Positions 51,632 through 61,061 of a DNA stretch of 64,000 bases are shown piece by piece (within the stretch, counting starts at the first letter, position 1; each line of letters opens with the position of its first letter). The stretch is from a plasmid. Location of the stretch: sequence record NZ_CP143948.1; one strand, given 5' to 3'. The position numbers were made by a program, and so were the translations under genes. A model generated the notes under the pieces. That model was not told the DNA's origin. It did no database searches and saw only the letters and a list, made by a program, of their open reading frames with translations.

Positions 51632-51967
51632 AATTGAGGTATGAATATAATAGGAATAAAAAAACGAGATATAAAAAGGCGTTAAAGTTTGAAATCAAAT
51701 GAAGTAATCAACGGAATAAACAAAGAAAATATAGGGAGAGGCACAGTTATTTGTGCTATCTCCCTTAGTCGTTTTATCATCATATCAAGGCTCATTCAAT
51801 CGTGGTAAATTCGTGGTAAAATGAATGGTTTTCTATACTTCAAAATACTTGAAAGTATAGTGTTTATGCGGATAATCGAAAATTAGATATAAAATTTATT
51901 ATATTTTTTGTATATCTTTTCAAAAGCAGGCATAGAGCGCTTTATCATTTCCCACAAAATCTATCAG

Positions 51968-52000
51968 AGCTGTTTTGGAAATTTTCCCTCATAATAATAT
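51968..52000 (-). repeat. Orphan 3-prime remnant of an immunity-like gene (matches 61720..61752)
   Basis: 33-bp identity with the C-terminal coding region (YYYEGKFPKQ) of the family A immunity-like gene at 61677..62060. Confidence 0.7.
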
Positions 52001-52146
52001 TCTTCATTTTTTCTACATTAGCTTTAATGTTTTTTATAATTCCATACGTTCTACACCTATATAACTCTCACCGTAATTTCTATTGCAACTCTAACATTAT
52101 CGTTATCATTACTGCCCCTTCACTATGAGGTGCTAATATACCGTAT

Positions 52147-55100
52147 TTAATCTGAAACCAGTGGTATCCTTACCTTGCTGACTTCATCCCCGAATATATA
52201 ATATGCATCACCCGGTTCGATTTTCTTTTGATTCTTTCTCTTTATAGCCAGCGGTATATCCACTATCTTGCAATTATCCAGGTTATCAAAAAACAGTATG
52301 CTTTTAGTCTCCTTCATCATTTTATATATATCAGGCGAACCATATGCTATCTGCGCATTTGGTACTGCCCCAAACAGGAGATACACATTTAATACCTTAT
52401 ATTTGCCCATAATATTTTTAAGAGCATTAAGAGCATCCTTGCTATCTGATATCGCTGTATATACCTCCTGACTGTTTATTATGATCAGGGTGTTTTCTTT
52501 TTCCGGATTTTCCTGATGGATGAGTCTCTTATATTTTTCCTCTAAGAGAACCTCTATCATTATTATTTTCTGTATAAATTCATCCGGATCCAGATCATAG
52601 CTTACATTTTCCTGACCGATATCAGACAGCTTGCGCCTGAAATCATCAGCTATATATATATGAGTATCTATTTCGCTGTTTAACATCTGCAACGCAAAAT
52701 ATTTTATAAAATTTGTTCTGCCCATATTATCAGCTCCGGAGATAGTTATGATATTGCATTTATTATGATCTGTGTAAACCGGGGCGACTGTGTCGTATGC
52801 AATTCCTATAATATTCTCATCAATTTTTCTTCTGAATGTGTGATCCACATAGTCCGGTGTGAGCAATTCAGGAATTTCCGGTATCTTGTCAGCAGTGATA
52901 TCCCCATATACAGCATTTATCTGATCTACAAATGCATGCATATTATTAACACGTTCAATTTCCTTAGTTCCCTCAAACGCTAAAAATGTCTGGCACTCGT
53001 ATATTTCCCCATCAATTTCTGTCAGGCACCTGCCAGCAGTCTCATCCGGTCTGAGTTTACAGCTTCCATAAAGAGTCATATACTCACTTGATTCATTACA
53101 AAACATAGCTATTCTGCCGGAAAAGTTTGCCAGATACTTATATCCCAGTCCTGTTGTCTGTAAATTTGAAATAATGAAACTTATTCCTACAGAGCCACCT
53201 TCTCTGCACAGATTGAGCAGTATGTCACTATCCTGCAGATACAGTTCTTTTAATGCAGTATAATTGTCTATGAGTACCACTATCTGAGGTATATCTGTAA
53301 ATCCCGCCTCGCGATATGATGTGTATGAGCTTACTCCCGCTTCAAGCAGTCTTTCACGCCTTTCTTCTATCTGTTCACTCAGATATTTAAACAGATTCTT
53401 CAACCTTTCATCGTCAGAGGGGCATACTACACCTCCTACATGAGCCAGCTTCTCAAAATTTTTAAGTACCATTGATGCAAAATCAATAATATATATGCTA
53501 AGCTCTTCCGGTGAATAGTTTTCTGCCAGATTCCTCACTATCAATTCGAGAAGATTGGTCTTGCCAAACTGCGATGCTCCTATGATAATAGTATTTTTGT
53601 TACCTATCTCTATTACTGTCCGCCCCTGTCTCTGCCTGTCCGGATCGTCGTATATTCCTATTACAGCAGTCGTGGAAAGAGGGGTATCATTATGTGCCAG
53701 TTCGGCATCATATACTATCACTTCTTCCAGCGCAGGCAGACATATATCCGGCAGTTTTTTTACTCCATCGGCTTTACAGTATTTATCTACATATTCGACA
53801 ACTGCCTCCAATTGTGACCTTGACTGCTCTGAATTCTCGAGCTTATGCTTATATACCAAATTCTTTTTTCCCGAAAAATCAAGTTCATATATATCAAACG
53901 GTGTATCATCTTCACCATTTATGCTCTCGGGGCTGCCGGAATATCCCGACTGGAACAATTCAAATATCTCATTATTTCCGACCTGCAAATAAGCCCGGCC
54001 CGGTTCTTTTATTTCTGCGGCTAAAGGAGATTTCAAGACTTCATTACTATCCTCCTGCGTCTGTACTTTAAGACACAATTTAAACTTTGAATTACTCCAA
54101 ATCTGGTCATTAACCTGTCCTGCCGGTTTTTGTGTTGCCAGTATCAGGTGAACTCCCAGGCTTCGTCCTATTCTGGCTGCACTAATCAGCTCCTTCATAA
54201 ATTCCGGCTGCTCTGCCTTTAACTCAGCAAACTCATCTACAATAATGACAAGGTGTGGTAATGCCACTTTTGCTTGTCCCTCTTTATATGCCTTTATGTA
54301 TTTATCTATATGATTAACATTGAGCTGTGCAAACAGATTCTGTCTTTTCAGCAGTTCAGCCTTTATTGACCTGAGTGATCTGTCTATTGCCTTTCCATCA
54401 ATGTTTGTTATGGCACCAATCAAATGAGGCAGCTTTCTAAACTGATTAACCATTCCTCCACCCTTAAAATCAATTATGACAAAACCTATTTCATACGGAT
54501 GAAATAACGTTGCTGCCCCAAGTATAAACGTCTGCAAAATCTCACTTTTTCCTGAGCCTGTTGTTCCGGCCACAAGTCCATGCGGACCGTGAAATTTCTC
54601 ATGCAGATTTAGATAAACAATCTCATCCTTCACATTTACTCCCAACGGAACTGCCATTGTTTCATATATTTTTGATGAATTCCATCTCTCCTTCAAATTC
54701 AATGCCTGCACCGAGTTGATTCCAAGCAGCTCAAACAAAGATATGTTCTTACGCAAAGAGCCTGCCAGGCTTATTTCTTCACACTCCACCGGTTCCAAAA
54801 TGCTGACCGCCTTCTGTACACGCCAATCAGGTATATTCTCATACTCAAAATATTTCTTTTGCGTCTTATTGACCGAATCATATATCATAGCACTCTCATT
54901 GTCGAATATATCAATTATTCTGCTACAATATAATGGCAGCAAAGACGGCTTTGATTCAAAAAATATAAAGACAGTATCGAGCTCTGATGCATGCTCTATA
55001 AATTTTGAAATAGGATGACTCTTTATGCCATAGTCCTGCATTACAATTATTATATTAAATCTGCCATGTACTTTTTCATCTTTTCGTATAGAAAGCTCTT

Positions 55101-55497
55101 TATACAAATTTTCAAATACTCTGTTTTTGCTTTCCTGATCGCAAACTATATTTCTATTGCCATTCGAGCTATTCAAAGCTTTTATTCCCCTAAGCCAATT
55201 ATACTTTCCGATATTATCATCAAGTAATGCATATATACAGATATCACCATAATACTGTCTGCTGATAATATCCATAATCATATTCTTCATAATCGAATAC
55301 AACGAATCCGCATCTCCGACAACCCCCACCGCATTAGCATCCTTCAGACTCATCACAACCGGCGCCTTTTCAATATCCATATATTCTCCTGCCACATGCT
55401 CAGGCAGACTGCTAAGATCATCTCCAACCTCAAGTTTCTCTTGTTTCTTATAGTCTACCTGCCGCAATGACTCAACGTTTCCCCTCCCCAGATACAC
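52147..55497 (-). CDS. essC: Type VII secretion FtsK/SpoIIIE-family ATPase EssC (YukB), ATPase portion; reading frame continues upstream to 55656
   Basis: Multiple FtsK-type P-loops (GTTGSGKSEILQTF..., VIIVDEFAELK...) closely resembling B. subtilis YukB D1. GTG start is ORF-finder derived. The open frame continues to 55656 (IHSKKRNEIEAARRE...). Confidence 0.85.
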   Translation of the reverse strand: MYLGRGNVESLRQVDYKKQEKLEVGDDLSSLPEHVAGEYMDIEKAPVVMSLKDANAVGVVGDADSLYSIMKNMIMDIISRQYYGDICIYALLDDNIGKYNWLRGIKALNSSNGNRNIVCDQESKNRVFENLYKELSIRKDEKVHGRFNIIIVMQDYGIKSHPISKFIEHASELDTVFIFFESKPSLLPLYCSRIIDIFDNESAMIYDSVNKTQKKYFEYENIPDWRVQKAVSILEPVECEEISLAGSLRKNISLFELLGINSVQALNLKERWNSSKIYETMAVPLGVNVKDEIVYLNLHEKFHGPHGLVAGTTGSGKSEILQTFILGAATLFHPYEIGFVIIDFKGGGMVNQFRKLPHLIGAITNIDGKAIDRSLRSIKAELLKRQNLFAQLNVNHIDKYIKAYKEGQAKVALPHLVIIVDEFAELKAEQPEFMKELISAARIGRSLGVHLILATQKPAGQVNDQIWSNSKFKLCLKVQTQEDSNEVLKSPLAAEIKEPGRAYLQVGNNEIFELFQSGYSGSPESINGEDDTPFDIYELDFSGKKNLVYKHKLENSEQSRSQLEAVVEYVDKYCKADGVKKLPDICLPALEEVIVYDAELAHNDTPLSTTAVIGIYDDPDRQRQGRTVIEIGNKNTIIIGASQFGKTNLLELIVRNLAENYSPEELSIYIIDFASMVLKNFEKLAHVGGVVCPSDDERLKNLFKYLSEQIEERRERLLEAGVSSYTSYREAGFTDIPQIVVLIDNYTALKELYLQDSDILLNLCREGGSVGISFIISNLQTTGLGYKYLANFSGRIAMFCNESSEYMTLYGSCKLRPDETAGRCLTEIDGEIYECQTFLAFEGTKEIERVNNMHAFVDQINAVYGDITADKIPEIPELLTPDYVDHTFRRKIDENIIGIAYDTVAPVYTDHNKCNIITISGADNMGRTNFIKYFALQMLNSEIDTHIYIADDFRRKLSDIGQENVSYDLDPDEFIQKIIMIEVLLEEKYKRLIHQENPEKENTLIIINSQEVYTAISDSKDALNALKNIMGKYKVLNVYLLFGAVPNAQIAYGSPDIYKMMKETKSILFFDNLDNCKIVDIPLAIKRKNQKKIEPGDAYYIFGDEVSKVRIPLVSD

Positions 55498-55628
55498 CTC
55501 AAGGAAATCTTCATCTGTAGATATACGATCAAATAATACCGGGTCAAAATTCTCTATATGTTCAATATCCTGCTCTATGCTATAATACTGAGCGTTTAGA
55601 CAATCTAACTCCTCTCTTCTTGCAGCTT

Positions 55629-56318
55629 CTATCTCATTACGTTTTTTGCTATGTATTCAAGATATGTGTCTCTTCGTTTTACAAGGTCTTTCTTATACTT
55701 CTTTTGTTTATTTATAATACCAAATATGGATGTAAAGACTCCAACACCCATGGAACATATACTAAATGCAACAAAAGCTCCATTTGACTTGCTCATCACT
55801 CCTCTAAGCAGCACTACCAGAGCAAACATAATAATCGAAGGCATCAATGAAGTAACCAGATTGAGTTCCGGTTTTGTCGGAATAGTACCCGGATCTAATA
55901 TTTCTATTGGAGTTTTATCTCTTTTTGCCTGTATTCGCGTATTACGAATAAAGACAGGATATGTTGTATGTATATCCAAGCTCTCCGGTCTGACCTCAAC
56001 TCCATTTGTTCTGATAGCTCCATAATCAAAGAAAATTTTTCCATTATTGTAATATGCAGTAAAATCTCCTATTGATATGAAATCATGATTTTTTACTGTT
56101 GCAATCCTTTGAATACTTTTTCCATTTACTAATGTGTTGTATGACGAACTATATTCCGATAACATAGCACATGATATATCATCTTTCACCTGCAATCCTA
56201 CTCTCACAGCTCTACCATATGCACTGTCAAGCTGTATATGTGCATCAGGTGCATTCCCTATTATCAGAACATATCCCGGATTTAATTCTATTGACCATCC
56301 ATAATTTTCCATTTTCAT
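55629..56318 (-). CDS. essC: EssC N-terminal fragment (FHA domains plus TM helices), separated from the ATPase portion by a -1 frameshift
   Basis: FHA-like YGWSIELNPGYVLIIGN... followed by two TM helices. Ends 11 codons after an A6 tract (minus-strand GCAAAAAACG, plus-strand T6 at 55644-55649). A7 there would fuse the two frames seamlessly (YLEYIAKKRNEIE). Confidence 0.75.
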   Translation of the reverse strand: MKMENYGWSIELNPGYVLIIGNAPDAHIQLDSAYGRAVRVGLQVKDDISCAMLSEYSSSYNTLVNGKSIQRIATVKNHDFISIGDFTAYYNNGKIFFDYGAIRTNGVEVRPESLDIHTTYPVFIRNTRIQAKRDKTPIEILDPGTIPTKPELNLVTSLMPSIIMFALVVLLRGVMSKSNGAFVAFSICSMGVGVFTSIFGIINKQKKYKKDLVKRRDTYLEYIAKNVMR

Positions 56319-56575
56319 TTTCTCCCAAATATAATTGTCGAACCATTCCTAACACCAAAATCCTCAAGCATCCTGTTTCCTTTCAAAAATGCAATTGGCT
56401 GCTCACAGGCCATATAACATTCATTCTCATTGGCTTCATCAATTTGCAGATTATATGCTTTGTTTAATGCAGTCACCAGAGCTTTGGCTGTTATATTCAA
56501 GGGGATTTCCAATTCATGTCTTTTTCCATTATTTTCATTCACAAAATTTACAATAACCTTTTCACTATCTTCCAT
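56315..56575 (-). CDS. esaB: EsaB/YukD ubiquitin-like T7SS protein
   Basis: 86 aa, beta-grasp-like. 4-nt overlap with the essC N-terminal ORF. GAGGAG RBS. Confidence 0.65.
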   Translation of the reverse strand: MEDSEKVIVNFVNENNGKRHELEIPLNITAKALVTALNKAYNLQIDEANENECYMACEQPIAFLKGNRMLEDFGVRNGSTIIFGRK

Positions 56576-56598
56576 TACGATGCTCCTCTTTACATTAT

Positions 56599-56642
56599 TA
56601 CGTCAATTTTTAGGTTGGTAATGTTAAAAGCACATTGCGTGT
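56599..56642 (-). repeat. Partial copy of the promoter-leader repeat (upstream half only)
   Basis: TCAATTTTTAGGTTGGTAATGTTAAAAGCACATTGCGTGTA matches 57250..57289. Confidence 0.7.
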
Positions 56643-56677
56643 AACAACATTTTTCAATTATGTAAATACTATTTCTT

Positions 56678-56926
56678 TTACAACTCGCATAGTACTTTAT
56701 CTGCCCGCAACCTTTCTATAAAATCCTCTATTGCTTCCGTTTCCGTATTATACTTATCAACTGAGTTAGTAATTTTACTAGCACGTTCATCCGTCACATA
56801 TACTATCCATTTTTCATTTTCTTTCTTAAGCACTACTTCATTTTCTCTATTTTCTCGTTCTTCGCATAAATTGTAACCTTGAAGACTTTCCTCTTGTATT
56901 ATTTTTCTTGCATCCTCTATTTTCAT
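56678..56926 (-). CDS. Small acidic protein, paralog of 57353..57613
   Basis: 82 aa sharing motifs with its paralog (IIQEESL, WxVYxTDERASKIT, FIxRLRA). GGAGGTCAGAAG RBS. Confidence 0.55.
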   Translation of the reverse strand: MKIEDARKIIQEESLQGYNLCEERENRENEVVLKKENEKWIVYVTDERASKITNSVDKYNTETEAIEDFIERLRADKVLCEL

Positions 56927-56941
56927 CTTCTGACCTCCATA

Positions 56942-57061
56942 CTAGTTTATTTCTCTTAATAATCCTAATCTTTCTAATTCTACCGTTGACGAAAGTTCAT
57001 ACTGTATTGCTCCTCCTTTCCCCCATCCTTCAACTGCTGCTTTTCCTTTATATGAAGCCAA
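56942..57061 (-). CDS. 39-aa small ORF after repeat copy 1 (TTG start; contains EGWGKGG)
   Basis: AAAAGGAG RBS 10 nt before the TTG. Its stop abuts the RBS of the next gene. Could be a gene remnant. Confidence 0.2.
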   Translation of the reverse strand: MASYKGKAAVEGWGKGGAIQYELSSTVELERLGLLREIN

Positions 57062-57075
57062 TCTACTATAATCTC

Positions 57076-57289
57076 CTTTTAGTAAAATTTTATATACAAA
57101 AAGGCTGCAGCGTCCGATATTACCGGATGTTGCAGCCGATCTGTCATTACATAAATGTTACTCCGTGTTAGACTCTAGCTTTGCGACCTTACGTTTCCAT
57201 AAGTGTGCCCTTTTATACGCAAAATTTTATCGTATTTGCATTTTTATGTCAATTTTTAAGTTGGTAATGTTAAAAGCACATTGCGTGTA
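57076..57289 (-). repeat. Promoter-leader repeat copy 1
   Basis: ~200 bp, ~95% identical to copies at 59400..59595 and 61458..61654. In gene orientation it reads TTGACA-17-TAAAAT promoter, ~110-nt conserved leader, then a GGCTGCA...TGCAGCC hairpin followed by TTTTTGTATAT. Confidence 0.85.
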
Positions 57290-57352
57290 TAAAGCGTAAT
57301 TTTTCTTCCGTAGATAACTGAACCATTAAACGTATTACTTCCGTAAATTACC

Positions 57353-57613
57353 TCAGTTTTTTAATACATTTAATGCCCTTAATCTTGTAATAAAATTATC
57401 TAATGCCTCTTCCTCTGTTTTAAACTTTTTTTCTGAACCTGTTATTTTACTTGCTCTCTCATCAGTTGCATATACCAACCATTGCTCTGCAACATTCATA
57501 ATTACCATTTCATTCTCTTTATTTTCCCTTTTTTCAAACAGATTTCCTCCTTTTAAACTCTCTTCATCAATAATCTTTTTCACTTCTTCTACTGTCATTA
57601 TACTTTCCTCCAC
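57353..57613 (-). CDS. Small acidic protein, paralog of 56678..56926
   Basis: 86 aa, same family. Confidence 0.55.
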   Translation of the reverse strand: MEESIMTVEEVKKIIDEESLKGGNLFEKRENKENEMVIMNVAEQWLVYATDERASKITGSEKKFKTEEEALDNFITRLRALNVLKN

Positions 57614-57688
57614 TATTTCCTATTTCTGCATTTTTTAAGTTTTTTCTGAACCTCCTATGTCACTTGTTCTCATCAATTACGACACACT

Positions 57689-58288
57689 TTACTTAATAAT
57701 ATCATATATCTCTTTTTCACTTAATGTTTCTTCAAATATTGCTTCATACCCTCTAACTCGTTCTAATATCACTTTTAAATACACCGCTTCATTATAAAAC
57801 CTTTCAAACACAAACGGAGCTTCTTCATTTTCTTCGATATACTCACATTCACCATTTGGTCCAAGCAAATAAATATTATATTTATTTGACCCTTTTTCCT
57901 CTAAATTAATTTTTAATTTTTGTGGATTCATAATTGAGTAATAACTTTCACCAATATGTAACTTCATTATTTCATTAACATCTGAAAGTTTTACCACACC
58001 TTCTATTTTCTCTAAACCACTGTAATCTATTCCTTCACTAAAAAAAACTTTTATTGCAATTGCAAAATTTGTTTCCATTTCTTTTTCTGAATAATATTCA
58101 GCTATTTTTATGCGCTCATTCCTTTGTATGCAATAAAAATAAAATATTTCTTTTTCTTCTTGCAAGACATAAGATGTCTCAACATCATATATAATTCTTA
58201 TTTCATTTTCATTTGAAACAATATTTATTTTTTTTCCAACATATTTTTCCAACTTTTTAAAATATGCTTTTTCTAAATCGATACTCAT
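57689..58288 (-). CDS. Immunity-like protein (199 aa), tandem paralog of 58304..58897
   Basis: Shared motifs with its paralog (LxKxxxYVGKxIxxV, NPFVFxRFYNEV). Soluble, acidic, T7SS-adjacent. Confidence 0.5.
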   Translation of the reverse strand: MSIDLEKAYFKKLEKYVGKKINIVSNENEIRIIYDVETSYVLQEEKEIFYFYCIQRNERIKIAEYYSEKEMETNFAIAIKVFFSEGIDYSGLEKIEGVVKLSDVNEIMKLHIGESYYSIMNPQKLKINLEEKGSNKYNIYLLGPNGECEYIEENEEAPFVFERFYNEAVYLKVILERVRGYEAIFEETLSEKEIYDIIK

Positions 58289-58303
58289 TTTCCCTCTTTC
58301 ATT

Positions 58304-58897
58304 TTAGTAGCCTAACAGCTGTATTTTCACATCATCTTCTAACTTATCTTCAAAAACTTCCTCATACTCTCTAATTTGTCTCATCGTTTCACCATAATAA
58401 GTTACTTCGTTATAAAATCTTTTGAACACAAATGGATTTTCTGTCTCTTGTTCTAATATGTATTTCTTACCGTTTTTATCCAAAAAGAAAATACTATACT
58501 GACCATCTTCACTTTTCAATATATTAATTTTCTCTTCTTTTGGGTCATTTATGGAATACGTCTTTTCGTCTGCATATTGCTGCATCAATATTCTTAGTTC
58601 TTCTACACTGGTAACTTCTCTAAATTTTCCTGAAAATGGATATTTAATATTTTCACTAAAATTACTCTTTACCCATAATGCAAAATTTCTTTTCATATCC
58701 ACTTCTGATGTATATCTTTTTTCTTCCGTTTCCTTTCCTCTTTCACTAACATACAATATATACTTTTGTTCCTTTTTTCTTAAAAAATATTGAATTTCAG
58801 AATCCAAATAGATATGGACTTCATTGTCACTCTCTACCAACTGAATATCTTTACCTACATACTGCTTTAATTTTTCTAAATAATCACGATTAAACAT
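58304..58897 (-). CDS. Immunity-like protein (197 aa), tandem paralog
   Basis: See 57689..58288. Confidence 0.5.
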   Translation of the reverse strand: MFNRDYLEKLKQYVGKDIQLVESDNEVHIYLDSEIQYFLRKKEQKYILYVSERGKETEEKRYTSEVDMKRNFALWVKSNFSENIKYPFSGKFREVTSVEELRILMQQYADEKTYSINDPKEEKINILKSEDGQYSIFFLDKNGKKYILEQETENPFVFKRFYNEVTYYGETMRQIREYEEVFEDKLEDDVKIQLLGY

Positions 58898-59012
58898 TTA
58901 TTCTTTTCTCCTATACTTTTTCATATTCATTCACACCCTCCTGTTAATGTATAAAATTATGGTCTTATTTTAAAAGCAGCTCTGCTGCTCTTGAAATAAA
59001 GCCACAATATAA

Positions 59013-59043
59013 CTACAATACAAATACAATACAATACAATACA
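59013..59043. repeat. (TACAA)n pentanucleotide microsatellite, ~6 units
   Basis: Reads tacaa tacaaa tacaa tacaa tacaa tacaa. Lies immediately downstream of the esxA terminator hairpin. Confidence 0.8.
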
Positions 59044-59045
59044 AT

Positions 59046-59068
59046 TCCACACCACAGCCTGTGGTGTG
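59046..59068 (-). terminator. Hairpin after esxA
   Basis: CCACACCACAG / CTGTGGTGTGG near-perfect inverted repeat, 22 nt after the esxA stop. Confidence 0.5.
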
Positions 59069-59089
59069 GAATCCGGCATTGAATGAATT

Positions 59090-59386
59090 TTACATGCTGA
59101 ACTGATTTGCTATCTGTGTATCGGTTGCCTCTACTGCCTCTGCAGTCTTGTCAAGTGCCATTGCGATATCATCGATCAGCTCTTTTCCTTTTACAAATGA
59201 AGGTCTGAGCTCTGCAAACTTGTTGGCATATGCCTCTGATGCTGCACCTTCCCACTCTGTGAGCAGTGTGTCCAGTAATCTGTCCATCTTGTCGATTACA
59301 TTCTGTACATTCTCTGCTTCTGTCCTGTACTCTCCAGCCCTTTCTCTCATTGTGTCAGGTGTCATTCTGATCTGTCCTGATGCCAT
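59090..59386 (-). CDS. esxA: WXG100 family secreted protein EsxA
   Basis: ~98 aa with WXG motif (LLTEWEGAAS) and helical hairpin. Start at MASGQIR, 9 nt after an AAAGGAGG RBS. Confidence 0.85.
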   Translation of the reverse strand: MASGQIRMTPDTMRERAGEYRTEAENVQNVIDKMDRLLDTLLTEWEGAASEAYANKFAELRPSFVKGKELIDDIAMALDKTAEAVEATDTQIANQFSM

Positions 59387-59399
59387 TTTCATGTTCCTC

Positions 59400-59595
59400 C
59401 TTTAGGTAAAATTTTATATACAAAAAGGCTGCAGCGTCCGATATTACCGGATGTTGCAGCCGATCTGTCATTACATAAATGTTACTCCGTGTTAGACTCT
59501 AGCTTTGCGACCTTACGTTTCCATAAGTGTGCCCTTTTATACACAATATTTTATCGTATTTGCATTTTTATGTCAATTTTTAGGTTAGTAATGTT
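59400..59595 (-). repeat. Promoter-leader repeat copy 2 (directly upstream of esxA)
   Basis: -35 TTGACA (plus 59571-59576), 17-nt spacer, -10 TAAAAT (plus 59548-59553). Terminator-like hairpin at 59427-59461 followed by a U-run, then the esxA RBS. Confidence 0.85.
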
Positions 59596-59758
59596 TTATC
59601 ATATATTTTCCTTATATGGTGTCCACTTCTGAACAATACAATCTACATCTTTTAATTCTACATACTTATATTGCTATTTTTCCTAATGTTTTCATTTTAT
59701 TACCTTCTATTCATCATTTTTCAAGTTTTCCCGTGCAGTATGCATTATTTTGATTCAA

Positions 59759-60142
59759 TCATACTTCTATTTTCTTTTTTTCTTGAACTACTTCTATTTT
59801 ATCCTTGGCAATTTCTTTCTCATACAAGTACTTATCTGTTCTATTCAATCCAAGTATATCAGCAATTTTTCTATCACCTGTACCTACAAAAAAAGTATCT
59901 TTCAACTCTTTCCTAATACTAACCTTATAACCATTAATCAAACCATAAGTTCTACACTCATATGCTTCTTGAATTTCATTTGGCGAAATTATTTTACTAT
60001 ATACTCCGCTATTATATTCATCAACAAACGTTGCATCTATTATTTCGCGATTTGTTGTAATTATTATTAAGTTTCCATCATTATCCTCATTTAATTCGTA
60101 CTCATTTCCATTATATACACAAAATTCACCATTTTTTATCAT
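59759..60142 (-). CDS. Immunity-like protein, family A (127 aa)
   Basis: Paralog of 60731..61045 and 61677..62060 (MIKNGEFCxYNGNEYELNEDxDGN...YYFVGT). Immediately follows the toxin-domain ORF. Confidence 0.55.
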   Translation of the reverse strand: MIKNGEFCVYNGNEYELNEDNDGNLIIITTNREIIDATFVDEYNSGVYSKIISPNEIQEAYECRTYGLINGYKVSIRKELKDTFFVGTGDRKIADILGLNRTDKYLYEKEIAKDKIEVVQEKKKIEV

Positions 60143-60145
60143 TTT

Positions 60146-60697
60146 CTATTTTCCTTTCACTTCTACAAAATGTTTACCATCAAATATTGCAACAACAGTA
60201 TCTTTTCCATTAACAACTTTATGTAATTCCGCACCTTTCTTAGGTTTTACATATTCACCACTTAAAGACCACTCGGGTATAATTTGCCCATTCCTTGCAC
60301 CTGTAAATCCATTTAATGTACAAGGAGGACCATCTGTATTTGTTCCACCGAATATTTCCCCATATGGTGTCTTTATTTTTTCTGCATCTGTTGTCTTGAA
60401 TTTAATATATGCATAAGTATCTCCACCTTCCGGATACGGTCTTACTCCATCACCTGTTACATAATCAAGTCGCGACGACTCCACAACATTATCATATCCT
60501 TTTATGTGTGATACATCATCATATCTTGCCACATAACCGCCAATTGTAGACCAGCCATCTTCTCCTATATACTTGTCTATATCCGAAGCCGGTATTGTCT
60601 TTTGAATATAAGTGTTAGCATCTATCTTTGGAACTGCCTCGCGTATTGCCTTCATCTGTGCGATTTGCTCCTTTGTTAAATCCTTTACATCCGTCAA
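60146..60697 (-). CDS. Putative stand-alone toxin-domain protein (183 aa)
   Basis: Gly/Tyr-rich soluble protein directly upstream of an immunity-like gene. Its last ~50 bp are duplicated at 62061..62110. Confidence 0.4.
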   Translation of the reverse strand: MTDVKDLTKEQIAQMKAIREAVPKIDANTYIQKTIPASDIDKYIGEDGWSTIGGYVARYDDVSHIKGYDNVVESSRLDYVTGDGVRPYPEGGDTYAYIKFKTTDAEKIKTPYGEIFGGTNTDGPPCTLNGFTGARNGQIIPEWSLSGEYVKPKKGAELHKVVNGKDTVVAIFDGKHFVEVKGK

Positions 60698-60730
60698 TCT
60701 TAACTTATTAATTTCCCGTGAATGGTGGTG

Positions 60731-61045
60731 TCATCTTTGTAACCCCAAGGCTCCTGCTACTTTACAATCTGCTGTTCCCACAAAATAATATTCTTGATTT
60801 TCTTTTTCTACATTAACTTTATAATTGTTTATTACTGCATATGTTGCATATCTGTACAACTCTTCTATTTCTTCTAATGAAACTTTTTTACTATAAACAC
60901 CACTTCCGTATTTATCTATAAATGTTGAGTCGATTATTTTATCATTTTTAGTAAGGATAATTGTATTTCCATCACTATCCTTATTTACCTTAAATTCATT
61001 TCCATTATATATACAAAATCTACCGTTTTTTATCGTTCTTCCCAT
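60731..61045 (-). CDS. Immunity-like protein, family A (104 aa)
   Basis: Family A paralog. Confidence 0.55.
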   Translation of the reverse strand: MGRTIKNGRFCIYNGNEFKVNKDSDGNTIILTKNDKIIDSTFIDKYGSGVYSKKVSLEEIEELYRYATYAVINNYKVNVEKENQEYYFVGTADCKVAGALGLQR

Positions 61046-61061
61046 AATTACAATACACTTA

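Larger units (their letters stand above)
46600..51830. mobile_element. Integrative mobilizable element (IME) with a Tn916-type integrase/excisionase module
   Basis: Comprises Int-Tn-like tyrosine recombinase, Xis-Tn-like excisionase, a Rep_trans-like protein, XRE regulators and small membrane proteins. Tandem CGTGGTAAA-type motifs lie near both proposed ends (46640-46716 and 51803-51827). Boundaries are approximate. Confidence 0.6.
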
